Part shown: one piece after another, positions 37,801 to 49,210 of the stretch
How the letters are laid out: the number at the start of each line of letters is the position of its first letter
Numbering within the stretch: position 1 is the stretch's first letter
From: Stylophora pistillata
Lineage: Eukaryota
NCBI RefSeq assembly: GCF_002571385.2
Contig: NW_019218339.1
Coordinates: forward strand, 1 to 64,000
DNA: 64,000 nucleotides
Direction: 5' to 3'
Program-made: the position numbers and the translations under genes
Notes under the pieces: model-generated
What the model was told of the DNA's origin: nothing
The model's database searches: none
The model's input: only the letters and a program-made list of their open reading frames with translations

Positions 37801-38529
37801 ATTGAAATTTTGAGCTGGGATGGGGGTGGGGTGGGTGGGTGGTTGGGATGAGTAAGGTAGTGGAGAAGGAGTCTCAACATGCCTTCTCCCTTTGGGAAAT
37901 TTCCAGCGGGACTCTAGTATACATGCTCATAGGTATGACCACTGACCACTGGCCTGTTCCTTTCATCGTCAGGTGAACTCCACAGAGGGGTCAGTGAAGG
38001 AAGAGAGCAAACTGTTCCTATAGAAAAGATAATTGTGCACGAGAATTTCGACCAAAAAACTTTACAAAATGATATCGCTTTGATGAAGCTCCGGACACCA
38101 ATCTTCTTTGATGCGCATGTGTCGCCAATATGCCTTCCAAACTTTGATTTTGACGACGGTACCAAGTGTTACGTCACCGGCTGGGGTCGTACTGGACCTC
38201 TTAGTTCGACGCCAAACATTCTTCAAGAGACTTTAATTCCTCTTGTAGCTCACAGAGTTTGTCAACTGTATTACAAACAGAAAAGAGTTAATAATGTAAC
38301 GTCAGATATGCGCTGTGCTGGAACCCTGGGTCAGAGTCGAGGTACATGTAAAGGTGACAGTGGTGGACCGCTGGCCTGTGAGAGAGACGGCCGTTGGTAT
38401 TTGATGGGAGTTACAAGTTGGGCAAATGAGGGCTGTATGCACAGCGGTGACCCGGGAGTCTTTTCAGATGTCTTGTACTTTAGGAGCTGGATTGAAGAAG
38501 TCATGAAGAACAATACAAAGGCAACATAG
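28831..38529 (+). CDS. Gene 3: secreted mosaic serine protease SP-IgV-SRCR-(S/T linker)-SRCR-MAM-Ig x7-S1 protease (~1486 codons, one in-frame TAG)
   Basis: Exons 28831-28882, 28979-29335 (GC donor), 29495-30079, 30481-30822, 30986-31123, 31490-31731, 31838-31943, 32557-32811, 33195-33452 (TAG at 33248-33250), 33749-34012, 34470-34730, 35220-35486, 35789-36061, 36158-36424, 37253-37489, 37973-38529. Phases are consistent (sum 4461 nt). No transmembrane segment seen. Confidence 0.88.
28979..29335 (+). CDS. Gene 3 exon 2: atypical Ig V-set domain (Trp at B-strand Cys position)
   Basis: [27 protein letters not shown]. Confidence 0.8.
29495..30822 (+). CDS. Gene 3 exons 3-4: two SRCR domains separated by a Ser/Thr/Pro-rich linker
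   Basis: [42 protein letters not shown] and [34 protein letters not shown]. Confidence 0.92.
30986..31943 (+). CDS. Gene 3 exons 5-7: MAM domain
   Basis: [56 protein letters not shown]. Confidence 0.92.
32557..36424 (+). CDS. Gene 3 exons 8-14: seven Ig (I/C2-set) domains, one per phase-1 exon
   Basis: Each exon is 255-273 bp with C..(W/Y/H)..DxGxYxC-type motifs. Confidence 0.88.
36779..37199. mobile_element. tRNA-derived SINE-type repeats in inverted arrangement (intron 14 of gene 3)
   Basis: Minus-strand tRNA-like head at ~36860-36930 (TAGCTCTGTTGGTAGAGCG..GGTTCGAG). ~36779-36862 and ~36975-37060 are inverted relative to ~37066-37199. Confidence 0.7.
37253..38529 (+). CDS. Gene 3 exons 15-16: chymotrypsin-fold (S1A) protease domain, intact triad
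   Basis: CG..WSPQ|[29 protein letters not shown]. Confidence 0.95.
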
Positions 38530-39886
38530 GAGAGCGGCTTGATTAAAAACGTTGGATTCAATTTTCAGAAAAAACACGAGCAGTTGAACGGAGAGATAAA
38601 TGAGTGGTATGGTTTAAGAAAATTGTCACAGAATTTCAATTATTTTTGGAACTCTTTCCACTAGTTTGAACAAAGCTGTGCGAGCATTACACGTGTCAGA
38701 AGGCTAACTCTTTTGGGGTAAAAAATCGAATAACGAAGTTGTTGTGATGATCCTCGAAACATTTTAATCTACAGTTGAACTTGAACCAAGTTTTAGCACC
38801 AGCTTATATCTAGGATGCATGAATTTTTACATAGATATATTTAAGCACCGTGTGTTTGTAAATTTACTTTTATGAATTTCTCCGGAAAGAAATAATCAAC
38901 ATTAAGAAACAAATTATTAATGATAAAAAAAAATTTATCTTGACGTAAACAATTTTGTAAAGAAATCCAATAACACTGTTTCAACAACGAAGTGTGGGAT
39001 TAATTATTGATTATAAGTCACTGTTTGGAAAGGTCACTTTTTTTATGGATCCTCTCGGCCGTAGAGCTCAGAGATTGAATAAGCCCTTATCCAAACAGCC
39101 ATATGTTGGGTTAGGTTGAGTGTTAAGAGGTTGNNNNNNNNNNNNNNNNNNNNNCTTTTTCTTCAGTTACATTTGGGCTGCATGCAATTTTTTTCTTCCA
39201 ACAAGAGCTTGCAGGAAATTTTCAAAATTACCCACCCCCCCTCAAGAGTTAAGTAGTCGGCCCCTTAGGGATAGGGTTAGGATTCCACAAAAGCACTACA
39301 CGCAGTAAAACGTGCTTAACATTTTTTTTTATTTTTTTTTAGTGTGGCTGTTTGTAATCTATACGTTAAATATTCAACAGCAACGACGTCAGTTGATACA
39401 TTCCAGGAGGCTTCGGTTAGAATTTTGGTTTAGTACTCCAGTTACAAAAGACTGATAAATGATATCCTTCTAGGCAGCCGCTATGTTTGGTGTCTTTTAT
39501 TAGAGACTATAATTTTATGCACATCAGACCATATGTAAATTTGCTGAACTCCTCTCGCTCAACGTGAAGTTTTAACACCAGTTCTGAATATATGTTTCCC
39601 TTTAAGGTTTTAATCCTCCAAGCTGGCAATTCATTACTTGTAAAGGATGCACATCGTTGTAAAGTGATTATTTCGTTGTTTTTCCTATCGGAAGTTGTAT
39701 AAACTGCCTGTCGTGTCACTACTATGAATTTTCGGTTAAATAATTGTTTTATTAAAGAAAACGTCCCCAATATATTAGACAAATCTTCTCGAATTTATTT
39801 TGTAAGAAGAAACCGGATGTTACAATGTACAGATATTAGATTATGGTATATTGGCTCATATAACGTAATGGCTAAGCTAATAAAAC

Positions 39887-39925
<39 letters not shown>

Positions 39926-40257
39926 TTGTTGTTATCTTCCTGACCAACGTCGCTTTTTTATCATCTCCTATCCAGCGCGAGCACGTGGGATGATTTGTTA
40001 TTATACATGCATTGTCTCTTTTAATAGCAGTCAGGGAAATATGCTGCATCCACGACAAATGATGGCAGTAAATGCTCTTCGGTAAAGTAGGTAACAGGTT
40101 TTCAGATAAAATGAAGCTGAGGAACTCTCTAAAAAAAGTTAGTACGTCCAACAGGTTTGGTCTTTTCCGGTGCCGGAAACAAGGGATATTTTAGTTTAGT
40201 TCAAACACGATTCCTAGGAAGACCATGTAAGATGATACGATTTCGTGTATAAATAAA

Positions 40258-40260
40258 GAT

Positions 40261-40296
<36 letters not shown>

Positions 40297-40331
40297 CGAT
40301 GATGATGACGATGATGATGACGATGATGATG
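40258..40331. repeat. (GAT)n microsatellite
   Basis: About 24 GAT/GAC units. Confidence 0.95.
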
Positions 40332-40473
40332 AGAAAGCAAGCATCCTTCTAACGGGGGTGCACCTTTATGGGAGTAAGGTTATGGCCACAATGGATCTCT
40401 ACAAAATTGAATCTGCTAGGTATCTTTCAGAAAGCTGGGGAGAAACTACAACTTCTTTAAGGAAAAAAAAGTA

Positions 40474-41329
40474 CCTTATTATCACTTATTTTCGCGCGGC
40501 TTTAATTTCGCGTATTTGGAATAAAAATATTTCGCGCGACTTAAAATTCGCGATTTTGACGAATCACTGTTTTTCAAGGTAATTAAATTTCGCGAATCAA
40601 GTAACTGGTGCTCGTTTTTTAAACTTTCATTTCAGTATTTTATTTAACCATAACGGAATAGAAACCTCAAACGCAACAAACAACTGGCTGAAATGTTCAA
40701 CAATGTCTGCAACTTCGTAACATCTTTTTAAAGGGCTGATACAAGCAAGATGAGTCAGATGATGAGGAATAAGTGTAAATGTTTCCTTTCAAGTTAGAAT
40801 TTGCACTCGATTTCCGGGTTGGTACACGCGTAAGCGATAAACACCAAACCAATATAGGATAAAGGTAAAAAAACCTAGCGATAGGTTTGGCTTTGAATCA
40901 CAACTTTGAGTTAACATAATCACAAAATAAATTGTTGCTTAGCAACGTTCGCAGGTCTTGACTACTTATCGAGGATTACGGTCTAACTTTTCTTCTATCT
41001 AGAAACGGTCTTGATTACACGAGGTCTTATCCTAAACTGAAACGCTAGCAATGAACTAATCACGGAGGCGTTTATCAAACCACAAAATATTTCACAGCTT
41101 CTCTCGGAAGCGGCAACATTTAGCTTTAATTAACGGAAGCGGTTACAATTAGGGCATGCGTCGAACTACTCGTATGTAAACTCCTAGCAGACGGAAAACT
41201 TAAATAAAGGATTTTATAAAGGTCTCTAAATTTCGCGTCTTTAATTTTCGCGGGACTTTATTTCGCGAATTTTTTTTTAATTACGAAAATCGCGAAAATT
41301 AAGTCTCTCGAAAATAAGTGATAATAAGG
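40474..41329. mobile_element. TA-flanked MITE (Tc1/mariner-type), 21-bp perfect TIR, subterminal TTCGCG repeats
   Basis: TA|CCTTATTATCACTTATTTTCG ... CGAAAATAAGTGATAATAAGG|TA. Confidence 0.8.
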
Positions 41330-42175
41330 TAAAAGGAACCAATCAGGTAACACTCAAGAATATCATGTTTTGAACCTTTTCTTTTTATGATAAATTTCCT
41401 TTCTTTAAGCCGGTAAACCCTTACAAATAGAATGCTACCCAATATTCTCGTTTGCATGAAGAAAGTAGAACTGAATAAACTGTATAAATAAATAAATACA
41501 TGGATGTTTTCTATATACACTTTATCGTCAGGCCTGTGGATCCTGAACATCCCCTTGAAATGGACGGATGAAATATTTTCATGATTAGATGAAAACTTAG
41601 TAAACAACTTTATCAGAACTCTATGAGAGAATTACTTTATCAATATACATTTTCACATCCACTTTGCTTCATTATAGAATTAAAAAAAATACAGGTAGCT
41701 ATATAAATATTTTCGTCCAATTTGCGGATTTGTATCTGTGTAAGAAATAATAATATTAAAAAAAAAAAACTGCGTCAACAAACCGGTTAGCGTTAAAGAA
41801 ACATGTTTCGGCTTTAAATTACATTAATCTGCTTCTTTTATACTACGCTAAACACCAATAAACAGACATGATTTTATCAGACACATTTGTTAGTTATTAC
41901 ATTTCATTTATGTTTTTCTGTTCAACACATCCTCGTTTGGGTACTCTTGAAGGAGAGGGGTAAAATTCGGGAAGCGGTGCCCCAGTGACGGGATTTTTTC
42001 AAGGCAACATGGCTTATTTGTGATCCACTATGTTACACTTTAGGTTGTGAAGTAAGTGCCCCACAAAACGTCTTTGTTAATACACGACAACATTGTTCCA
42101 AAGTCGCAAACTGCTAACAATTCATTAATATTTTAGGCATTTTACCCACTGTCGCAAAATAAAATCTGTTGCGTC

Positions 42176-43081
42176 CTAAACGGCTGTGTTGTTTCTCATA
42201 ACTTCTTCAATCCAATTTTTGAAATGAAGAGTATCGGAAAATACTCCAGGGTCACCATTGTGCATACATCCTTCGTTTGTCCAACTTGTAACACCCATTA
42301 AATACCAGCGGCCGTTTCTTTCACAGGCCAGCGGCCCACCGCTGTCTCCTCGACACGTGCCTCGACTCTGACCCACAGTTCCCGCGCAGCGCATGTCTGG
42401 TGTCACATTTTGTATTCCCACGTAATGGTTTTTGCATACTGTGTGGTTCATCAGTGGTACAGTGGTCTCCTGAAGAATGTCTGATGGGGAACCCAAAGGT
42501 CCCAGATATCCCACCCAGTAACATAACAACTAGTACCGACATCAAAGTCAAAATCTGGAACGCAGATCGGCGACACGTGAGGACCAAAGAGAATGGGTTG
42601 CTGCATTTTTATCAACGCGATGTCATTTTCAAGGTCAATATCATCGAAGTTCTCGTGTAAAATTATCTTCTCTACAGGTATGTTCTGCTCACTTCCTTCA
42701 TTAATACCCCTGTGAAGCTCTCCTGAAGATTTAAAAACATCCCGTGAGTGAAAGAGCATCGAATAAAATTTTGAAATATCCAAACTAGACCAGAGAGAGC
42801 CTTCTCAGCTCCATTCGAGCAATCTAATTTATTTAAATCCTTACCAACAGTGACATTAAAATTGGCTGGGGGCTTTGCTTGAAGCTCGCGTTTCAGACAA
42901 TGAGCTGCAGTAACAATCCAGTAATGATCTAAGATGGATCCACCGCAAAGATGAGGGATGCTTTCGGTGTTGTCGGAGTATCCCAGCTGGACCTGCCACG
43001 GCCACTCTCCTAGTTTAGCATAAGTTCCAGCCACAATCTGCGGTGACCAGGTATGATGGACACGTTTAGCACCACAGGGTC
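42176..43081 (-). CDS. Gene 4 protease domain (frameshift between catalytic Asp and Ser)
   Basis: WSPQ|IVAG, TAAHC and NDIAL are in one frame; GTCRGDSGGP is in another after GGG TGG GAT (expected GGG TGG GGA). Confidence 0.85.
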
Positions 43082-43302
43082 CTGTTTCAAAAAAGAGAAA
43101 ATGATACAATGACCTAAAAACAATCGCACACTGAGGAAACTTTGTGATACTCTGCAATCCACTTAGTGGTACCATTTTCTTTCCTTTAAAGCCAAATTGT
43201 TACGTTGAATAATTCTGAATAATTATTTTCTCATCACAATTTGCCATCCGCCGCGCCTATCGAAAAATACTATCAACACTCAAAAAGTCGCAAATAACAC
43301 AC

Positions 43303-46300
43303 CTGTAAAAGACACGTTCAAAGTTGCCCTTTCGCCTTCCCCAAATTCGTTGTAAGGTATGCAGACGTACGATCCATTATGTTCAGCTAGGGTGTGTGTA
43401 ATGTTGTGAATACCAGTGGATGAATTGGACACTAGGATGCCATTGTGGTAAATTTTATACGACGTAACCGGTGGGTTGGCTTTTGCAGTGCAATTCAAGA
43501 TCAGTGATGAGTTAACTATTGCCACGTTATCTGGAATTGATGCCTCCAGCCTGGTGTCGTATGGTTTATCTGCAAAATAGAAATAAATAACAATCGTAGT
43601 GAGTATTACTCACACATGCCGTTACATTTCTATTGGTATTCATGGTACATCGGATGGTACCGTGAAACCCTGTTACATGTACATTGAGGATGTTATGTAC
43701 GTTCTTCCTCCTTTTTGAAACCAAAATGTAGAGCACCAAACTCAGACCTAGATCCAATTAACTCGATATCGAATTACACTAAGTTAGAGAACAGCTGAAT
43801 GCAAACTACTGGATCCCACGACAGAGCAAGTTTATACTTACGTAATATATTCAGTACAGCTCCTGCAGTATCAGGAAGACCAAGTCCGTTCTTAGCTGTG
43901 CAAATGTACGTTCCTCCGTCGTATCGACTCACATTTTGTATAACAAGCTGTTCACCTGGCGGAAATACTTTACTGTTGTCTCCGAGTTTACTCCATGAGA
44001 TCATAGCGATAAGTCGGTCATACGGAGCAAACGAAGTAGCATTACAGAAAAAAGACACACTTGTGCTTTCGTTGGCGGTTATGTTTCGTGGAAGAGAAGT
44101 GATCGAGAACGCACCTGAAAAAAAAATTAAATAAATTGGATTACACTATCACCTCATTTACTAAAAATCTCCCGTCGATAATAATCACGCTTTGCGGATT
44201 CAATCCTGTTTTCACATTTCTCGAGTTACTTTCAAATCAGAAGGTCCTAGAGTCATCCTCAAGTGAAATATTTACTCATTCATATGTCAATTACTTACCA
44301 ATGACATCAACCTGGGTGGTGCCGTTATAACCGGAGCCAAGAGTGTTGAGTGGTACACATAGGTAGGTTCCTGCATCTAAATATTTGGCCTTCTGAATAA
44401 TATATACTCCGCTGAGACTGGTTCTAAGGTAGATACCGTCACGATAAAACTGATATTGACTTGGAGGGGGGTTCGCATCAGTTATGCACGTCAAACCAAT
44501 GCGACCATTTCCAACGACTACTCCATTTAGTTTGTCGGTTGTTAGTCTCGTCGATGAAGGATGATCTTGAAAAGAAAGCAATATATATTTTACAATACCA
44601 GGAGAGGTAAGATTTTGTTTGATATTAAATACTATCTAAAAGTAGAGTATTTTCAACCACATTGTCTTCGAGGAAATAACTGAGCTGAGTCTCGGGGCTA
44701 AAGCCTAAATTGTCAGAGCATGAAACCTCCATAAGTAAACATTTACTGCGGTGCGACTTGGTTGAAATCAGTCTCGGTAAAATAGAAACAGGTGCATTTT
44801 GCTACTTCCGTTCTCTTTTTGTTGACGATTTAGAAATGTGATACTACAAACTTCTATAGCAGTAATCCCAGATTCATTGAAAAATGATAAAAAAAATTTC
44901 ATTTTACAATTTCAAAGTGCCAGAATATTCCTAACTTACAAAGCACGTTCAGATATGCTGATTTATAGACAGGATCTCGCACTCCGTTATCGGCTACACA
45001 TCTGTATTCACCCCGATGTGATCTGTCAGCGGCTGAGATTACTAGAGTTTTTCCCGAAGCCACTATTTTTCCATCTCTGACTCTTATCCAGGACAACCGT
45101 GGAGCTGGTTTCCCTGTGGCGTCACAGTGCAGGGTAACATATTTTCTTTCCTTTTCCATGACAGTAATGTTTTGTGGACTTTGGACAATACTCGCTGCAG
45201 CTACAAATTAAAAGAATTAAATATCATAAGTCATTGGATATTAGCTTCCCTCAGATACCTTCAAAAACTAACCATACCTCTGAGAGAGGTTTGTTTGTTT
45301 GTTACATTAACAAGGCCAATTTTTAAACCACAACTCAAAATCAACTTACAGTTGTCAACTTCCACCAGTGCATCAGCTGAAACATTCTCACCCCGCTCGC
45401 TCACAGCTGTACATCGGTAGCTCCCAAAGTCTGATATCTGAGCATTTGTTATCCTCAGTGTTTGTCCTGTATAATTTACTTTGCTTGTGTTGCTTAGTTT
45501 ACTCCATGTTATTGCCGGGGTTGGATTTCCCGTCACATTGCAGAAGATTTCAAAAGTGTCCGTTTCATTTACAAGCTGATAGGCTGGATGAATGGCGGTG
45601 ATATTTGGAGATTCTAAAAGAAAGAAAGTGAATAGATGTGAAATTTTGAGAGTTTTCGTGATCAAGTTGTAATTCATACGTAATTTAAGAGACCAAATAG
45701 GAAAGTTTTTCTTCTATATTGGCTATATGCAATAGAGGGCTTCTCATTTCTGAGAGTTCTCACCATAAAGAGCAAGTGTAATATTCGCCTTCTTCACACC
45801 AGCAACATTAGAGCAGCTCCACAGGTAGTGTCCTTGATCCACAGGGGTGAAGTTTTGAATAACATATACACTCTCATTGATGTTAAATGAGTTATCCTCT
45901 CGCTGAATTCGACAGACTGGAGTAGGATAACCATTAGACGAGCACTTTATGACAACAGCATCACCAAGGGCGACCGCACTGAAAGAGATGTTGGCTGTAA
46001 TCGTCGTTTCCCTGAGATATCCTACAAAGCGATCATCATTATTTTTCATACGTCAATGGGAAGAAAACTATTGTTAAGGAAACCTCGTTTAGAATTAGTG
46101 GTTAACTGATGCGCTCAGAGATCCTCTACATGAACTGATCCATCATCTTCCTTAGTTCCAACGGGTGCCAAAACTTATTTAACGGTATAAATCATGTAAA
46201 AACGATAACAGTTCAGTAAAGGGAATGAAAATCATGTCATAATAGACCTCTTTAGCTTGAAAGTTTTTTTCTACCTATTTCAGGTCTAAATAATGGCATA

Positions 46301-46705
46301 ATTTACAAAAGAAAAAGCTAGAATTCCCTAAAAGACCGGTATAATTACATAAAGGCATTTTTGATCACTACAAAAAAATTACTAATGAAAAAAAGGAGAA
46401 GAAAAAAACACTCAAAAACGTTTGGTGGGGTTGAGAGCCTAACCATTTACCTTCAACTTTGAGCTCCATTGTTCTTGATTCAGTAGCCAAATGATTGCTT
46501 ACTGAGCACTCATAAAATCCGCCATCTGCTTGAGAGATGTTTAGTAAAGTGATGTTACCAGTCACCTGACTCTCATTGAGAACCTTACCATTTTTCCTCC
46601 ACACAATGGTAGGTTGAGGGCTACCAATCGCGGTACAAACTAGTGTTACGTTGCTTCCAAAGTAGGCTGTTTGATTCGATGAAATAGATATGATTCTTGC
46701 TGGAA
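43303..46705 (-). CDS. Gene 4: seven Ig exons
   Basis: Lengths 255, 258, 264, 261, 267, 273 and 267 bp equal those of gene 3 exons 8-14. Confidence 0.88.
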
Positions 46706-47118
46706 CTAAAAGTTAAAGAGATTTGTTCATGTTGTCGGTTTCAAACATAGTGGCTTTCGCAAATTCATAGGAGCACCATCGTCGGTCAAGCGTGTAGCTA
46801 AAACACTGATCAAATGTGCGAAAACTATGAATACGAGATTAATCTCGCTACTTGATAGAAAGGACGTCAATTAATACTGTAAACACCTCGGTCACAGGGT
46901 TCTACTAAATTACCATAACAGATACAATAAGGTGCACCGCTTTTGGTTGTGTAATATTCTCTTGATGTTACTAAAAATGAGAAAAAGAAGGATTTGCAAA
47001 CTAACAAAACAAGTTTTCTTCTATCAATTATTTGGAATGGCACCACTTCGTCTCATGCGACCAAGTTAAAACTCTGTGTAACCTGTTCAGTCACAATTTT
47101 ACTGGCAGAGGTTATTAC

Positions 47119-48791
47119 CTAACGTTTCGGCTGTCTTTTCGCACTCTGTATTTTCCTGGAACTCGACATCGTCCATAGCGATATCACTAAATGCAGTACT
47201 ACCAACTACACCTTCAAACATCACCTTCAAATAAGTAAGAATAATGAAGACATCAAAAATCCAATTATTTGAATCTATCACTTGTAAATTTTCCAAAACA
47301 TAAAATTATACCAGTAAGTAAATAGGGTCTGTACACGATGTGATCGTGTGGTCTAATCGGCCGGACGACTGTAGTCCTGAAAAGGACTGCTGTTCGTAAA
47401 CATTTCAACAACCTGTAGCAGAACTGGTCATCATACTGAACTGAAGGACTATTGCGAGTAGAGAAATGTAAGTCGAGTCCGTTTCAAACCGATCGGCCAG
47501 TTTGCCATAAAGTTGTTGACACTGCGGCTTACATAGATCTTGATTGGTCTGTTTCGATCCGTCGTTCCGTTCGGTTTGACTGTTGTGTAAATATCGCGAA
47601 TAGGTTGTTTGATTGCTGCCAGTAGTTGTTGAGATCTGTTGAGTAGAGTCATTGCTTAGTTACTGAGCCAGCTTTCCAGAGTCTATCGTCGAAAGTACTT
47701 CAGTCATGCTGAAGGTTAAGCTTTGTACAGACTCCAAGTTAATAGATTGGTTTGTAAGTCGATAATGTTCAGCAATGTGACTGTCGACGTGGCCTTTTCT
47801 CGTCGCTCGTTGTGTTAACCCAGTCTTTTGTTCAGTTTCCTGCCGATCAGTCCGATAGAGGAGGCTCTGCAGTCTAGGCAGATCTTGAAAACTGCTCCTT
47901 ATGAAGTATTGAGTAATCGGTCTGTTAGCGACGTGGACATTGTAAGAATGTAGAATCCGCGAGATAGTTTTAAACATGAGACTTCACGATCGAGTGTTTC
48001 TCTCGTATTCAAACTATTAACTGTCTGGTCTCCATACACCTACAGCTGCATGTAGTGCTTTCATAACAATTACAAAGGAATAACTTCGCTTGCGGCAATA
48101 CATTACTTGTTTGTTTTAATTTTGTGGATCACTGAAAAAGTAAAACTATCTTACCCTATAGGTGTCGTTAAAATAAAGAGGCAATGTCGCTTTGTGCCAA
48201 TCGTTTCCCTGGTTGCCTGACAGCTCCCACAAAACTTGATCCTCAACCACCACTCTGAGTGTATGAATAGACTGCCCATACATATGATAATAGAACACCA
48301 TACACGTTGTGTTTCCATTGCCAGCTATGTTTGGAGACTCTATTGTCGAAACGTCACCGACGGTTTGTCCGGAGGCCTCCACGTACACGTAAAATCCTGC
48401 AATAAAAGCGTGTAGGGTATTGATCTATCTATCTGCAGGTAATGCAGTGGACTATATGGCTAAATAAATTTGACCCTCTATTTAAAAGTATACCCTAGAA
48501 TAGCGACACCTTAAGTTTAAAACGATTTTAAAAATGGTGCAGCACTTTTTGGAAAACTCGCTGAAAATTTTTTTAGAAAATGACTACTCGTAACGGATTA
48601 CGTTTCTCAGCATAAAACATCGCAGGAGAAGAGAAAACACCAACCGTTCTTACCAAATCCAGAGGTGCGATCTTGAGAGGGCCCTGTGTTGTCTGTTATA
48701 GTTGGACCAAATTTTCTTGTCCATGCGGGACCCGACCTGTCCGCTGAAGTTTCCCAGCCACAATACCAGATGTCAAAATTACAACTTGCAT
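47119..48791 (-). CDS. Gene 4: MAM domain (3 exons)
   Basis: CNFDIWYCGW..YVEASG..CMVFYYHMYG..SDIAMDDV; exons of 138, 242 and 106 bp as in gene 3. Confidence 0.9.
47335..47990 (-). mobile_element. Degenerate Penelope-like fragment (same family as 2909-3998), intronic in gene 4
   Basis: ISRILHSYNVHVANRPI..RATRKGHVDSHIAEHYRLTNQSI matches the 3071 ORF. A pLTR-like GTAGTCCTGAAAAGGACTG is at ~47370. Confidence 0.75.
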
Positions 48792-49210
48792 CTGAAAAAG
48801 CAATTCCGTTGCTTACAAACGTTGATGATATGAGCTAAACGGAAAAGTAGTACTAACTCTTGTGTAAACTGAGTGCAATAGTGTTCTCATCCTAAACGGG
48901 TATCTTAGGACGTCATACTGCACGATTTAATAAAGGACAGATGAAAAGACCATATTTCCTGTTTTATGTTCGAGATTTTAATCAAATTTCAGTTGATGGG
49001 GAATAGAATTAGAGGCTAAATGGGTTGGTCAGAAGATTTTATTCCTCGTGTCTATCAGTTCAAACATATAGCGAACATTTTTCTTTTTATAGCTTGTCAA
49101 AAAGGCTTATTTTTACCAGAGAAAGATGCTTCTTCGGTTCTTTACATACCACTGTCACACCCAACAAAATTTAGAAGTTATTGTAGCGATTACTAACATG
49201 ACAATCTTAC

